A DNA stretch of 64,000 nt. It comes from Escherichia coli. GTDB taxonomy: Bacteria; Pseudomonadota; Gammaproteobacteria; Enterobacterales; Enterobacteriaceae. The position numbers and the translations under genes are program-made. How positions within the stretch are numbered: the first letter of the stretch is position 1; each line of letters begins with the position of its first letter. The notes beneath the pieces were generated by a model. The model was given only the letters and a program-made list of their open reading frames with translations, was not told the origin of the DNA and did no database searches. The stretch lies in the NCBI RefSeq assembly GCF_003790525.1, contig NZ_CP033635.1; one strand, written 5' to 3'. Below, piece after piece: positions 19,887 to 30,436 of the stretch.

Positions 19887-20172
19887 ACTTTATCTCCGTA
19901 TTCAATAATTGAGTAAAACAATCCCCCGCGCTTATATAAGCGCGTTGATATTTTTAATTATTAACAAGCAACATCATGCTAATACAGACATACAAGGAGA
20001 TCATCTCTCTTTGCCTGTTTTTTATTATTTCAGGAGTGTAAACACATTTTCCGTCTCCCTGGCTAATAACCACATTGGCATTTATGGAGCACATCACAAT
20101 ATTTCAATACCATTAAAGCACTGCATCAAAATGAAACACTGCGATATTAAAATTCTTTCAATTTGAAAAGCA

Positions 20173-22122
20173 TCAATCTGCATGCTCAACATTTGGATAG
20201 AGATTATAGATTTTAAGCTTGCGCCATAATGTTGTACGACCAATTTTTAATACTTCAGCTGCTTTAGTTAGATTCCATTCGCAGACACGACATGTATGCT
20301 CAATAGCTTGCATCTCCAATTCTGCCAGTGAAGTAAGATGAGGGATATCATCGTCGCCACTACTGTTATTTTGTCGGATATCCAGAGGAATATTCTCTAA
20401 TCCGAGGACAAGCCGATTGCAGTTAATAAATACCTTCTCCATTCGATTTTTGAACTCGGAGATGTTTCCAGGCCAACGGTACTCAAGCAGAACTGAATTT
20501 GCGTCAGGCGTGATTGTCATTTTTTTTCGAGTGCGCTCCTGATACTTATCAATAATATCGTCAATCATTTGCTTGAGATCTTCACGACGTTTGCGCAATG
20601 GCGGAATTTCAATTTCATTCATGGAGATCTCATAATATAGCTGTCGGCTAAAAGCCCCTTGTTGCACGTACTCACGTAAAGAACTACTGGTACATGTAAT
20701 CAGGCGAAAGCGTACGGGGATCAAACGATGACTGTCTGAGCGAGTAACAAGCCCCGTTTTCAATACTTTCAATAAAACACTCTGAACTTCCCCTGATAGA
20801 TATTCGACTTTATCCAGATATAAGGTGCCATTATGAGCCAGTTCAAATTTCGATGGCGAAGGACCAACATCAGAGCCAAGAAGTTCGTGTAAGATATTTT
20901 CTGGTGATAGCATCTGACAATCTACAGAAATAAATGGCCCATCACGTTGCTCGCTCTCATTATGTATTGCCATCGCCAAACTCAATTTTCCCACACCTTC
21001 TTCGCCATTGATCAAAATCGGAGAGATGGATTTAATTGCCCGGCGAGCGATAAGTAATACCTGCTTCATACCACCTGAAGCCGCATGTAAACTGTCAAAG
21101 GTAAAATTTGCATTAGTGCTTATTTGCTGTTGGGCTATTTTCCTGATTTTGTCTAATGGATGAAGAAAAAGCAAAAACGAACCATCGCTTAACGGGCGAA
21201 GGGTAACCATAAGTTCAATAAATTCGCCACGGCATTCGAGGACAATTTGCTTTTGCGATAGTTTGTTCCGTTGTGTAATTGCCTCATTCAAAATCGGCGG
21301 AAATACGAATCCTTTTCGGATGTTCTGACCAATTAAACTTTCTTTATCAATATTCAGTAGTGTTTGTGCTTGAGAATTAACCATCGTAATTAAAGAATGA
21401 CTATTCCAACAAATAAAACCGTCATCCATGCATTCAATCACAGCATTATGCTGGCAAAGTACTTTGTTTATTAACTTTTGTTCATTCTCAATATAGATAT
21501 AATTAGCGATTTCTGTTGCACATGAATATGATGTTTTTAATTTAACAAGCTCGGCGGTAGTTTCAATTATACATACAATGTATCCATGGATATTACCATA
21601 ATAATCAATGACCGGAGCAGCGCTCATCGCATAACAATGTAGCTGTTCACTAAAATGTTCTGCTCCTTCCAGTTGTGTATATAAATTTGTTTCCCGACAA
21701 AGACTATATACATTGGTTCCAATGCCATCTTCGGCCCATGACATACCAGATTCAATTCCTAACTCTCGCAATTGACTGGAATAATCGCCTGCTGCATTCA
21801 ACGATAGAACCCAGCCGTGTGGGTCAATGATCAAAAATGCCAACCGGTCGTCACCAGCCAGGGTGAAATGGTCTTCAACAACTCTTTGTGAAATTCTAAT
21901 AAACTCTTCGTTACGAGAAAAAATCGTCTGCAATGTTTGCCCGGAAGCTTTGACAGGCGTGTTCCAGTGGCGAGGGTCACAATGCTTGAGACATTTTTGC
22001 CATGACCTCAGCATCACATGATTAGTCGAATTTGTCGCGACCCAACCATGCTTAACAAACATTTTCCATTTATTTTTTAGATCATTATGATACGACTCTT
22101 TATTCATTATAATAATATCCAT
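20173..22122 (-). CDS. DhaR/TyrR-type transcriptional activator (GAF/PAS + AAA+ domain lacking GAFTGA + C-terminal HTH)
   Basis: 649 aa; Walker A GEEGVGK, AIHNESE, FSRQLYY and C-terminal IGRTTLWRK motifs match the DhaR pattern I recall; no GAFTGA motif, so probably sigma-70-dependent. Confidence 0.75.
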   Translation of the reverse strand: MDIIIMNKESYHNDLKNKWKMFVKHGWVATNSTNHVMLRSWQKCLKHCDPRHWNTPVKASGQTLQTIFSRNEEFIRISQRVVEDHFTLAGDDRLAFLIIDPHGWVLSLNAAGDYSSQLRELGIESGMSWAEDGIGTNVYSLCRETNLYTQLEGAEHFSEQLHCYAMSAAPVIDYYGNIHGYIVCIIETTAELVKLKTSYSCATEIANYIYIENEQKLINKVLCQHNAVIECMDDGFICWNSHSLITMVNSQAQTLLNIDKESLIGQNIRKGFVFPPILNEAITQRNKLSQKQIVLECRGEFIELMVTLRPLSDGSFLLFLHPLDKIRKIAQQQISTNANFTFDSLHAASGGMKQVLLIARRAIKSISPILINGEEGVGKLSLAMAIHNESEQRDGPFISVDCQMLSPENILHELLGSDVGPSPSKFELAHNGTLYLDKVEYLSGEVQSVLLKVLKTGLVTRSDSHRLIPVRFRLITCTSSSLREYVQQGAFSRQLYYEISMNEIEIPPLRKRREDLKQMIDDIIDKYQERTRKKMTITPDANSVLLEYRWPGNISEFKNRMEKVFINCNRLVLGLENIPLDIRQNNSSGDDDIPHLTSLAELEMQAIEHTCRVCEWNLTKAAEVLKIGRTTLWRKLKIYNLYPNVEHAD

Positions 22123-22500
22123 TCAAGTCATTTTCAGAACTTGTATCAGAATGCTATGCCAGTAAGCTTGATCAAACGCAATAATATCTAGTCTGGATCA
22201 TTACAAAAACAGACCTTATCAACAATGTAACCATACATACATTAGAAAGAATAACCGTTAAAGCAATAAAAAACGAATAATACATTAGATAAATTTTAAA
22301 AATGCCAACAACATCTGAAATCTTTGCGTTTGATATTTATCATTATTCAAACTGAAACAACACAGGCATACGAGTTGTTTCACTGTGAAACAGTGCAGCG
22401 AAATTTGTTCTGCCCTTTTATTTCCTCAAAGATATTTCGTCGTTAAATTCCAAAATTGACTGACTATTCAACTCAGCGTAAATATCAGGAGAAATAATGT

Positions 22501-24240
22501 ATGGCGAGGATGCGTGCAATCGAAGCTGCAGTAGAAATACTGAAAAAAGAAGGCATTAGCGTTGCTTTTGGTGTACCCGGCGCAGCAATCAACCCACTCT
22601 ATGCCGCGATGAAAAAATCAGGCGGTATTGATCATATTCTGGCCCGTCATGTTGAGGGCGCCTCGCATATGGCTGAAGGTTACACCCGCAGTCAGAATGG
22701 CAATATTGGCGTGTGTATTGGCACATCAGGCCCTGCGGGCACTGATATGATTACGGGGCTTTATTCCGCCTCCGCGGATTCCATTCCTATTCTCTGCATT
22801 ACTGGTCAAGCTCCCGTAGGAAAACTTCATAAAGAAGATTTCCAGGCCGTCGATATTGAGGCTATCGCCACGCCAGTAACCAAAATGGCTCGCACAATTC
22901 TCGAAGCGGGTCAGTTGCCGGGGATATTCCAGAAAGCCTTCTGGGAAATGCGTTCAGGCCGCCCTGGCCCGGTTCTTTTAGATCTCCCTTTTGATGTTCA
23001 GATGACCGAAATTGAGTTTGATATCGATCTCTATCAGCCACTAACCCCCTGGCAACCTCAGGCAACACGGGCCCAGGCCGTACGCGCATTAGAAATGCTA
23101 AATGGCGCCGAAAAGCCCGTCATCATCGCTGGCGGTGGCATTATTAACGCCAAAGCGAGTGAATTGTTGCGTGAGTTTGTCGAGTTAACTGGCGTTCCCG
23201 TCATTCAAACCTTACGCGGTTGGGGCGCATTATCAGATGATCATCCCCTAATGATTGGTCGCATGGGATGTCAGGCGGGTCATCGCTATGGTAACGCCAG
23301 TTATCTGGCCTCCGATTTTGTTTTTGGTATCGGTAACCGTTGGGCAAACCGTCATACCGGAGCCATTGAGACCTACACCGAAGGCCGCAAATTCATTCAT
23401 GTTGATATCGAACCTGCACAAATTGGCCGGATATTTGCGCCGGATCTGGGCATTGTTTCTGATGCTGAAAGCGCCTTAACGCTATTTATTCAGGTCGCCC
23501 GTGATATGAAGTCACGTGGAGAACTGAAAGACCGCAGTCGCTGGATTGCCGAATGTGCCGAGCGTAAACGCACAATGCTTCGTCGTTCAGACTTTGACTG
23601 CAATCCAATTAAACCGCAGCGCGTGTATCACGAAATGAATAAGGTTTTCGGACCGGAGACACGCTATATTTCGACAATTGGTCTGGCGCAAATCGCCGCA
23701 AACCAATTTTTACATGTTTACCGCCCACGCCACTGGATTAATGCCTGTCAGGCTGGGCCGCTAGGCTGGACAATGCCCGCAGCACTGGGCGCGGTAAAAG
23801 CTGATCCATCTGTTCCCGTTGTGGCAATATCCGGTGATTACGATTTTCAATTCTTGATTGAAGAATTAGCCGTCGGCGCACAATTTAATCTTCCGTATAT
23901 CCATATTTTACTTAACAACGCTTATCTTGGTTTGATTCGTCAATCACAACGTGCATTTGATATTGATTATTGCGTTCAACTGTCATTTGAAAATATTAAT
24001 GCTCCAGAAATTAATGGTTATGGCGTTGATCATAAAGCTGTGGTTGAAGGATTAGGATGTAAAGCGATTCGCGTATTCGCATCACAGGATATTGCGCCTG
24101 CACTGCAAGAAGCCCAGCGTTTGCGTGACGAATTTCACGTACCTGTTGTTGTGGAAATTATTGCTGAACGCGTGACTAATATCGCTATGGGACCTGACAT
24201 TAATAAAGTCACAGAATTTGAAGAAATTCTCGATTTATAA
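22501..24240 (+). CDS. Glyoxylate carboligase-like ThDP enzyme (Gcl paralog)
   Basis: 579 aa; N-terminus ([41 protein letters not shown]) is near-identical in pattern to Gcl; ATG 22501 lies 10 nt after AGGAG. Confidence 0.8.
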   Translation: MARMRAIEAAVEILKKEGISVAFGVPGAAINPLYAAMKKSGGIDHILARHVEGASHMAEGYTRSQNGNIGVCIGTSGPAGTDMITGLYSASADSIPILCITGQAPVGKLHKEDFQAVDIEAIATPVTKMARTILEAGQLPGIFQKAFWEMRSGRPGPVLLDLPFDVQMTEIEFDIDLYQPLTPWQPQATRAQAVRALEMLNGAEKPVIIAGGGIINAKASELLREFVELTGVPVIQTLRGWGALSDDHPLMIGRMGCQAGHRYGNASYLASDFVFGIGNRWANRHTGAIETYTEGRKFIHVDIEPAQIGRIFAPDLGIVSDAESALTLFIQVARDMKSRGELKDRSRWIAECAERKRTMLRRSDFDCNPIKPQRVYHEMNKVFGPETRYISTIGLAQIAANQFLHVYRPRHWINACQAGPLGWTMPAALGAVKADPSVPVVAISGDYDFQFLIEELAVGAQFNLPYIHILLNNAYLGLIRQSQRAFDIDYCVQLSFENINAPEINGYGVDHKAVVEGLGCKAIRVFASQDIAPALQEAQRLRDEFHVPVVVEIIAERVTNIAMGPDINKVTEFEEILDL

Positions 24241-24252
24241 GGAAACAGGATT

Positions 24253-25035
24253 ATGGCAAAGTTTGCAGCAAATTTATCTATGCTCTTTACCGAGTATCCA
24301 TTTATTGAACGTTTTGCACAGGCAAGTCACGCAGGATTCCACGGCGTTGAGTATCTTTTCCCCTATGACTTTTCTGCAGATGAGTTGGTTTCGCAACTGC
24401 ATCAACATAATCTGACGCAGGTTCTGTTTAATCTTCCTGCGGGTAACTGGCAAGAGGGTGAACGGGGTATTGCATGTCATCCTGGTCGGGCAAAAGAATT
24501 TCAGGAGAGCGTTTCCAGGGCAATAGAGTATGCATTGGCCCTTAATTGTTCACAAGTTAATTGCCTTGCAGGAAAACATCCAGGTGGTTATTCGCATGAA
24601 CAATGTCATGAAACACTGGTCGAAAATTTGCGCTATGCGGTAGATAAATTGGCTTCTCATGGGATAAAGTTAGTTCTGGAAGCCATTAATACAAAAGATA
24701 TTCCCGGTTTTTTTGTTAACAATACCAGACAAGCTCTCAATATTATTCATGATGTAAAACATCCTGATTTGCGCTACCAATACGATATTTATCATATGCA
24801 AATCATGGAAGGGAATATTGCTACAACAATCAAAAACAACCTGAATAACATTGGACATATTCAATTAGCCGATAACCCTGGGCGTCATGAACCAGGGACG
24901 GGAGAAATTAATTACCCGTGGTTGTTAAATTATATAGACCAGATTGGTTATCAGGGATGGATTGGTTGCGAATATATTCCATCTACGACAACGACTGAAA
25001 GTCTACGCTGGCTAAAAAACGAGACTCAATTTTAA
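24253..25035 (+). CDS. Hydroxypyruvate isomerase-like (Hyi family, TIM-barrel sugar isomerase)
   Basis: 260 aa, directly downstream of the gcl-like gene as in the gcl-hyi-glxR arrangement. Confidence 0.75.
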   Translation: MAKFAANLSMLFTEYPFIERFAQASHAGFHGVEYLFPYDFSADELVSQLHQHNLTQVLFNLPAGNWQEGERGIACHPGRAKEFQESVSRAIEYALALNCSQVNCLAGKHPGGYSHEQCHETLVENLRYAVDKLASHGIKLVLEAINTKDIPGFFVNNTRQALNIIHDVKHPDLRYQYDIYHMQIMEGNIATTIKNNLNNIGHIQLADNPGRHEPGTGEINYPWLLNYIDQIGYQGWIGCEYIPSTTTTESLRWLKNETQF

Positions 25036-25052
25036 TCCCTGAGGTATTTATC

Positions 25053-25940
25053 ATGAATATTGGATTTATCGGCACCGGCATAATGGGTAAGCCGATGGCT
25101 TATAATTTACAACAAGCCGGACATACTCTTTATTTTTCAGCGCATTTTGAACCTGCACCGCAAGAGCTTATTGGTGAACGTGGCATTGTTTGCTCTACAC
25201 CGCGTGAAGTCGCGCAGGAGTGTGAGGTCATCATCACCATGCTCCCTGATACCCCACATGTTGAGGATGTTCTTTTTCATCCCAACTATGGCGTAATACA
25301 CGGTTTAAGCCACGGGAAAATTGTCATTGATATGAGTTCAATTTCCCCGGTTGCCACCAAAGCATTTGCACAACGTATTATCGCGGGAGGCGCGGAATAT
25401 ATCGATGCGCCCGTCTCTGGCGGTGAAGTTGGCGCGAAAGCCGGGACGCTTTCCATTATGGTTGGCGGATGTGAAGAGGTTTATTTACAGATCAAACCGA
25501 TTCTGGAATTGATGGGTAAAAATATCACTCTGGTCGGGAACGTCGGTGATGGTCAAACGTGCAAAGTCGCTAACCAAATTATTGTTGCACTGAATATTGA
25601 AGCGGTGGCTGAAGCCCTGCTCTTTGCCAGTAAATCAGGTGCCGATCCCGCCCGCGTACGTGAAGCTCTGATGGGGGGTTTTGCTTCCTCTCGTGTATTG
25701 GAAGTTCATGGCGAACGGATGATCAAAGGGACATTCGCCCCTGGTTTTCGAATTAGCCTGCATCAAAAAGATCTGAATCTGGCACTGGAGAATGCTCGCC
25801 TGTTGAATACCCCGCTTCCTAACACGGCTATGACGCAACAATTATTTAGCGCCTGCGCCGCGCTCGGTGGTAAAGAGTGGGATCATTCTGCGTTAATTCG
25901 GGCGCTTGAAACACAAGCCAATTTCACTATCCGTAAATAA
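25053..25940 (+). CDS. Tartronate semialdehyde reductase-like (beta-hydroxyacid dehydrogenase family)
   Basis: 295 aa; N-terminal NAD-binding GFIGTGIMG; third gene of the gcl-like operon. Confidence 0.8.
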   Translation: MNIGFIGTGIMGKPMAYNLQQAGHTLYFSAHFEPAPQELIGERGIVCSTPREVAQECEVIITMLPDTPHVEDVLFHPNYGVIHGLSHGKIVIDMSSISPVATKAFAQRIIAGGAEYIDAPVSGGEVGAKAGTLSIMVGGCEEVYLQIKPILELMGKNITLVGNVGDGQTCKVANQIIVALNIEAVAEALLFASKSGADPARVREALMGGFASSRVLEVHGERMIKGTFAPGFRISLHQKDLNLALENARLLNTPLPNTAMTQQLFSACAALGGKEWDHSALIRALETQANFTIRK

Positions 25941-26014
25941 TGAATTAAGGGAACCACCGGTTCCCTTCGTTCACTCGTTGCCCTGCCCCATTCCCCTATT
26001 TTGAGAGACCTGCT

Positions 26015-27157
26015 ATGAAGATAGTTATCTCCCCCGACTCCTTTAAAGAATGCCTTCCCGCATGGAAAGTCGCCGAAGCGCTGGCAACCGGCTGGCGCAA
26101 GGTCCTGCCTGGCAGCCAACTGGTGTGTTTGCCCGTGGCTGACGGCGGCGAAGGCACGCTCGAAACACTCATTCATGCGACTGACGGTACGTTTTACACT
26201 AAAAAAGTCACCGGACCGCTTGGCGAATCAATACATGCGCAATACGGTATTTTAGGCAACCAAACCACCGCAGTGATAGAACTGGCACAAGCTTCAGGGC
26301 TGGAACTGGTTTCTCCTGTCCAGCGTTCTCCCCTTTATACGACGTCGTTTGGCACTGGCGAACTTATTCTCGCCGCCCTGGAACACAATATTGATACCGT
26401 TATTCTATGCCTGGGTGGCAGTGCTACAAATGATGGCGGTATTGGGTTGATGTCGGCACTTGGCGCATCGTTTACAGACGCCGAAGGGCTATCAGTCTCT
26501 GTTAATGGGATGGGGCTGGCGGCAATTCACCACATTGACTTACAGCACCTCGATCCACGATTGAAAAATGTGAAATTTATTGCAGCCTGTGATGTCACCA
26601 ACCCACTAACCGGCGATAACGGCGCGACTCGGGTTTTTGCTCAACAAAAAGGGGCCAGTGCTGACAACCTTGAGCAACTGGAACAGGGAATGAAAAACTA
26701 TGCCCGTTGCATCTACCGTTGTTGTGGTAAAGAAGTCGATACGATACCCGGTTCTGGGGCGGCTGGCGGCGTTGGCGCGGCCTTGATGGCTTTTCTCGAT
26801 GCTCGCTTACAACCGGGTATTTCGCTCGTGCTGGAAGCGATTCAATATACCCAACATTTAAAATATGCAGCATTGGCGATTGTCGGTGAAGGTAAATTAG
26901 ACCGTCAAAGCCTGAATGGCAAAGCACCTGTGGGGGCGGCCAAAATCGCCCAGATGATGGGCGTTCCGGTTATCGCAATTGCCGGGTATATCGATGATCA
27001 ACTTGATTTGAATGAGTTACGCCAGTGTGGAATCGAAGCCTGTTTTTCCGTCGTCAATGGTCCTTGTGATTTACCCACCGCGCTGAGTCAGGGGGAAAAT
27101 AATTTAATTCGTCTCGGAGAAAATTTGGCAGGGTATTTTCATGCAGTCCTGAGTTAA
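26015..27157 (+). CDS. Glycerate kinase (GlxK/GarK family)
   Basis: 380 aa; starts MKIVISPDSFKE, typical of the glycerate kinase family. Confidence 0.8.
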   Translation: MKIVISPDSFKECLPAWKVAEALATGWRKVLPGSQLVCLPVADGGEGTLETLIHATDGTFYTKKVTGPLGESIHAQYGILGNQTTAVIELAQASGLELVSPVQRSPLYTTSFGTGELILAALEHNIDTVILCLGGSATNDGGIGLMSALGASFTDAEGLSVSVNGMGLAAIHHIDLQHLDPRLKNVKFIAACDVTNPLTGDNGATRVFAQQKGASADNLEQLEQGMKNYARCIYRCCGKEVDTIPGSGAAGGVGAALMAFLDARLQPGISLVLEAIQYTQHLKYAALAIVGEGKLDRQSLNGKAPVGAAKIAQMMGVPVIAIAGYIDDQLDLNELRQCGIEACFSVVNGPCDLPTALSQGENNLIRLGENLAGYFHAVLS

Positions 27158-27212
27158 TTCCCGTTCGGTAAAATGCCCGATAATGCAAATTACCGGGCAT
27201 TCCTGAACATCA

Positions 27213-28754
27213 TTATTCATCTCTCGCGGTTTTCTCTTCAGCCGCAAGCTGTGTCAAAAAACTCTTCAATAAAATAAACACTACGCCGCAAAGCGGTAGT
27301 CCGGCCAGGATAGAGACCGTTTGTAGCGGTTGCAGACTTTGCGCATCAAGAAGATAGAGTGTGATTGCGACGATTCCGGTCATAATCAACCAAAATGCCA
27401 CGTTCCAGAATGCCGGTTCACTCTCACTATCTGCCCGTTTTTGCGTCGCAAAACCGAGGGCATAACCCACAGTACAGTGTCCGGTAATATATGAAATTAA
27501 TGCTATAGCCCCAAAAGCAACCAAAAACACCTGACTTGCGGGTAGCTGCTCCAGTAAACGAGAAACGACAACGCCTCGCCCTTGTTCGTTAAGTATGGGA
27601 ACAAAATCGATGACATGAGTTGTCTGCAACGATAAGCCGAAATTAGCCAGTACCATGTAAAAAACCATGCATCCCAATGAACCTGCCAGAGTTCCACATA
27701 CAATCAATTGCCGGATCGTCCTTCCTTTTGAAATACGGGCGATAAATAAACCGAATGGGATGGCATACACGACCCACCATGAAAAATAAAATACGGTCCA
27801 CATCTGTGGAAATCCGCTACGACCAATAGCATCGGTACTTAAACTCATCGCTACAAAATTTTGCAGCATCAGGCCGAAACCATCAATTGATTGGTTAAGT
27901 ATAAAAGCTGTCGGTCCACAAATCAGTATTGCCAGTAGCATAAAAATATCGGCACGAATATTCCAGTTACTGGCCCATGCCACACCTTTTTTAAGTCCAA
28001 AAAAGAGAATTAATAATGGCACTAGCGTCCAGATAAAAATAACCATGACATTGATAAACTGCCCGGCAGGATCCAGATGGAACACATGGCAAAATACGGC
28101 AGAAATCATCGGCGTTCCCAGCGCCAGAGACGTTACCGCGCCGCCGAGCAAACCAAACATGTAGAAAAAATTCACACAATGCCCGCAAAAACCATCAGCA
28201 CGTGCCCCCAGACACCCACGGCATAAATCACTGACCTTTAATGAGTTCGTTTTCTTAACATGCATAAACCAACCAATGGGAACGGCACAAATCAGATACC
28301 ATGCCCATGCGGACGGCCCCCAATGGAACATGCCATAAGCAGAGGCCCAACGAGCAGCCTGAGCGCTTCCTGCTGTCGCGCCAAAAGGCGGTTGCTGAAT
28401 GATCCAAATCCACTCTACAGAGGCCAGATATAACAAGCTGCCCCCCGTTCCAGAAGTAAAAATAAGTCCAAGCCAGGTTAACAAGCTGAAGTCAGGCTTT
28501 TCTCCCGACTGACCTAACAAGATATCGCCATAACGTGAGAAGGCCAGCCACAGACAACAAAGTACAACCAGAAAAGTCATGACCAGAAAAATCCCGCCCA
28601 TTTCCCAGGTTAAAAAATGATGTATTTTATTTATATACCGGCTGGTATCTTGTGGATATATCGTCAAACACAGAATGATTACCGCAATAAATAATATTGC
28701 TGGGATAAACACATTCAGTTCAATCAAAGAAAAGCGTTTTTTTAAATATTGCAT
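27213..28754 (-). CDS. BCCT-family transporter (betaine/carnitine/choline type)
   Basis: 513 aa from ATG 28754 (AGGAG upstream); contains the BCCT signature-like stretch WTVFYFSWWVVYAIPFGLFIARISKGRTIRQ. Confidence 0.7.
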   Translation of the reverse strand: MQYLKKRFSLIELNVFIPAILFIAVIILCLTIYPQDTSRYINKIHHFLTWEMGGIFLVMTFLVVLCCLWLAFSRYGDILLGQSGEKPDFSLLTWLGLIFTSGTGGSLLYLASVEWIWIIQQPPFGATAGSAQAARWASAYGMFHWGPSAWAWYLICAVPIGWFMHVKKTNSLKVSDLCRGCLGARADGFCGHCVNFFYMFGLLGGAVTSLALGTPMISAVFCHVFHLDPAGQFINVMVIFIWTLVPLLILFFGLKKGVAWASNWNIRADIFMLLAILICGPTAFILNQSIDGFGLMLQNFVAMSLSTDAIGRSGFPQMWTVFYFSWWVVYAIPFGLFIARISKGRTIRQLIVCGTLAGSLGCMVFYMVLANFGLSLQTTHVIDFVPILNEQGRGVVVSRLLEQLPASQVFLVAFGAIALISYITGHCTVGYALGFATQKRADSESEPAFWNVAFWLIMTGIVAITLYLLDAQSLQPLQTVSILAGLPLCGVVFILLKSFLTQLAAEEKTARDE

Positions 28755-28777
28755 TTCAGTCTCCTGAATGTTTTCAT

Positions 28778-29002
28778 TCAATGAGGACGAATATTTCGCC
28801 GTTCCTTTTTCATGTGTTGCAATTGTCGGGAAAGGCGTAAAGAAAAAAAGGCGCAAATAAGTGAAAGTACCGCAATACAATACAGAGCTAAACCACACTG
28901 ATGCTGTTGCAGCATGAACAGGAATATCCCCAAAAAGAGGCCGCAGAGAACTGTGGTTATCCAGTAATTGGCACTTAAGTGCTCCAGGTCATCATCCCTC
29001 AT
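28778..29002 (-). CDS. Small two-span membrane protein upstream of the BCCT transporter
   Basis: 74 aa from ATG 29002, with AGGAG 7 nt upstream; two hydrophobic segments; 23 nt upstream of the BCCT start on the same strand. Confidence 0.35.
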   Translation of the reverse strand: MRDDDLEHLSANYWITTVLCGLFLGIFLFMLQQHQCGLALYCIAVLSLICAFFSLRLSRQLQHMKKERRNIRPH

Positions 29003-29054
29003 GGTCTTTCTCCTGCAAGGCGCAGAGAGGCTTTCAGCTCTCTGCGCCTTGTTG

Positions 29055-30419
29055 TTATGCCAGACGTACGCCCTGCTGTTGCAGCGTGTTTTGCAAATCA
29101 GGAATAGCAACCTGACGCACGGTGCAATGTTGCTGTAGCGAAACCACGGCGGCAGTGCCTGCGGCCTCACCGGTAACGGCACAACACATCATGTTGCGCA
29201 TAGAAGTATGTGCAACTACGCCTGCGGAAATACAGCGACCGGCGACCAAAAGGTTCTCCACTTTTTGTGGCACCAGACAGCCATAGGGGATCTGAAAGAA
29301 ACGCCCGGTCGTTGGCAAAATGAGATAACCGGAACCATCAATAAATTCCGGGAAAATCCCTACACTGTCCGAACAACGCCCCTGATTAAGGACGTAATCA
29401 TCAGCAATACGTATTTCCCCCTCAATAAGCCGTGATTCGCGTGTACCCAGCGTGGCGCCAAAATTGCGTAACCGTACATTTTCAAAGCCCGGAACATAAT
29501 GGCGTAGAGCGTCAATTGCCCATAATGCTTGCTGCCTTCCGGCGATTTCTGCTTTGGTTAAATCGAAGACATCGGTACAGTCAAAACCAAAGGCGTACAC
29601 CATATTCATCTGAAACGCTTCGCCGCTTTCAGAAAAGGTTGACCAGGTTCCGGCAATCGCCTGGGCGTCGCCTGGAATCACACCATCCTGCTGCGCCCGG
29701 GTAAAAATATCCTCCATATAAGGGCTAAACATCTGGTCTTCTTTGCCCGTGGTTTGAATCGTCCAGTTTTTTCCCCAATCCGCGTAGGTCGGCTTAAGTT
29801 CTTCCGCAACAAAACGGTTAAAGCGCGCCACATCGACACCTGCGCAACTGAACATCACGGTGACGCCCATCAGTTGGTCCTTTCCCCGTTTCGTCCAGGG
29901 CGCGCCTGCACGAGCAGCAATATCAGCATCCCCCGTGCAATCGACGATTCTTTTCGCCAGAATTGCCCCTCGTCCTGATTTGTTCTCGACAATAACACCG
30001 CATAACGTATCCCCTTCCTTGATCACATCCACAACCCAGGAGTGATATAACGGCTCAACGCCAGCTTCCGTTATCATCTGATCGGCAACAACTTTAAATC
30101 CTTCAGTATCTATAACTTCGCTAATTGACTGAGGTTCTGGTCGCGTGAAGCCCAATGCTCGCGCGCGGCCTTCATATTCACGACAAATCCCTTCACAATC
30201 TTCCGTCCCCGGATGGCGATACCAGGCAAAACTTTCCACACCAACCTGCGTCAATACGCCGCCTAGTGAGCCGTAACGCTCAACAATCATGGTTCTGGCA
30301 CCTAGCCGCCCCGCCGCTATCGCCGCCGTTAATCCTGCCGGACCGCCCCCGATAACCAGAACGTCCGTTTGTGCAATGACTGGCGTTTGCCGTGCACTTT
30401 CATTAATCATGTCCACCAT
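29055..30419 (-). CDS. FAD-dependent oxidoreductase (paralog 2)
   Basis: Start chosen at ATG 30419 (GGGGGAA upstream); the track ORF starts at TTG 30449, overlapping the upstream MFS gene; VLVIGGGPAGLTAAIAAGRLGARTMIVERYGSLGG fold; paralog of 18516-19886. Confidence 0.7.
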   Translation of the reverse strand: MVDMINESARQTPVIAQTDVLVIGGGPAGLTAAIAAGRLGARTMIVERYGSLGGVLTQVGVESFAWYRHPGTEDCEGICREYEGRARALGFTRPEPQSISEVIDTEGFKVVADQMITEAGVEPLYHSWVVDVIKEGDTLCGVIVENKSGRGAILAKRIVDCTGDADIAARAGAPWTKRGKDQLMGVTVMFSCAGVDVARFNRFVAEELKPTYADWGKNWTIQTTGKEDQMFSPYMEDIFTRAQQDGVIPGDAQAIAGTWSTFSESGEAFQMNMVYAFGFDCTDVFDLTKAEIAGRQQALWAIDALRHYVPGFENVRLRNFGATLGTRESRLIEGEIRIADDYVLNQGRCSDSVGIFPEFIDGSGYLILPTTGRFFQIPYGCLVPQKVENLLVAGRCISAGVVAHTSMRNMMCCAVTGEAAGTAAVVSLQQHCTVRQVAIPDLQNTLQQQGVRLA

Positions 30420-30436
30420 TGGTTCCCCCATCAGAT

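Noticed and set aside
22280-22340. Possible sigma-54 (-24/-12) promoter upstream of the gcl-like operon, given the neighbouring AAA+ activator
   Set aside because: No GG-N10-GC element with TGGCAC/TTGCA character is present (only TGCCA ... TTTGCG with wrong spacing), and the activator lacks the GAFTGA motif needed to contact sigma-54.
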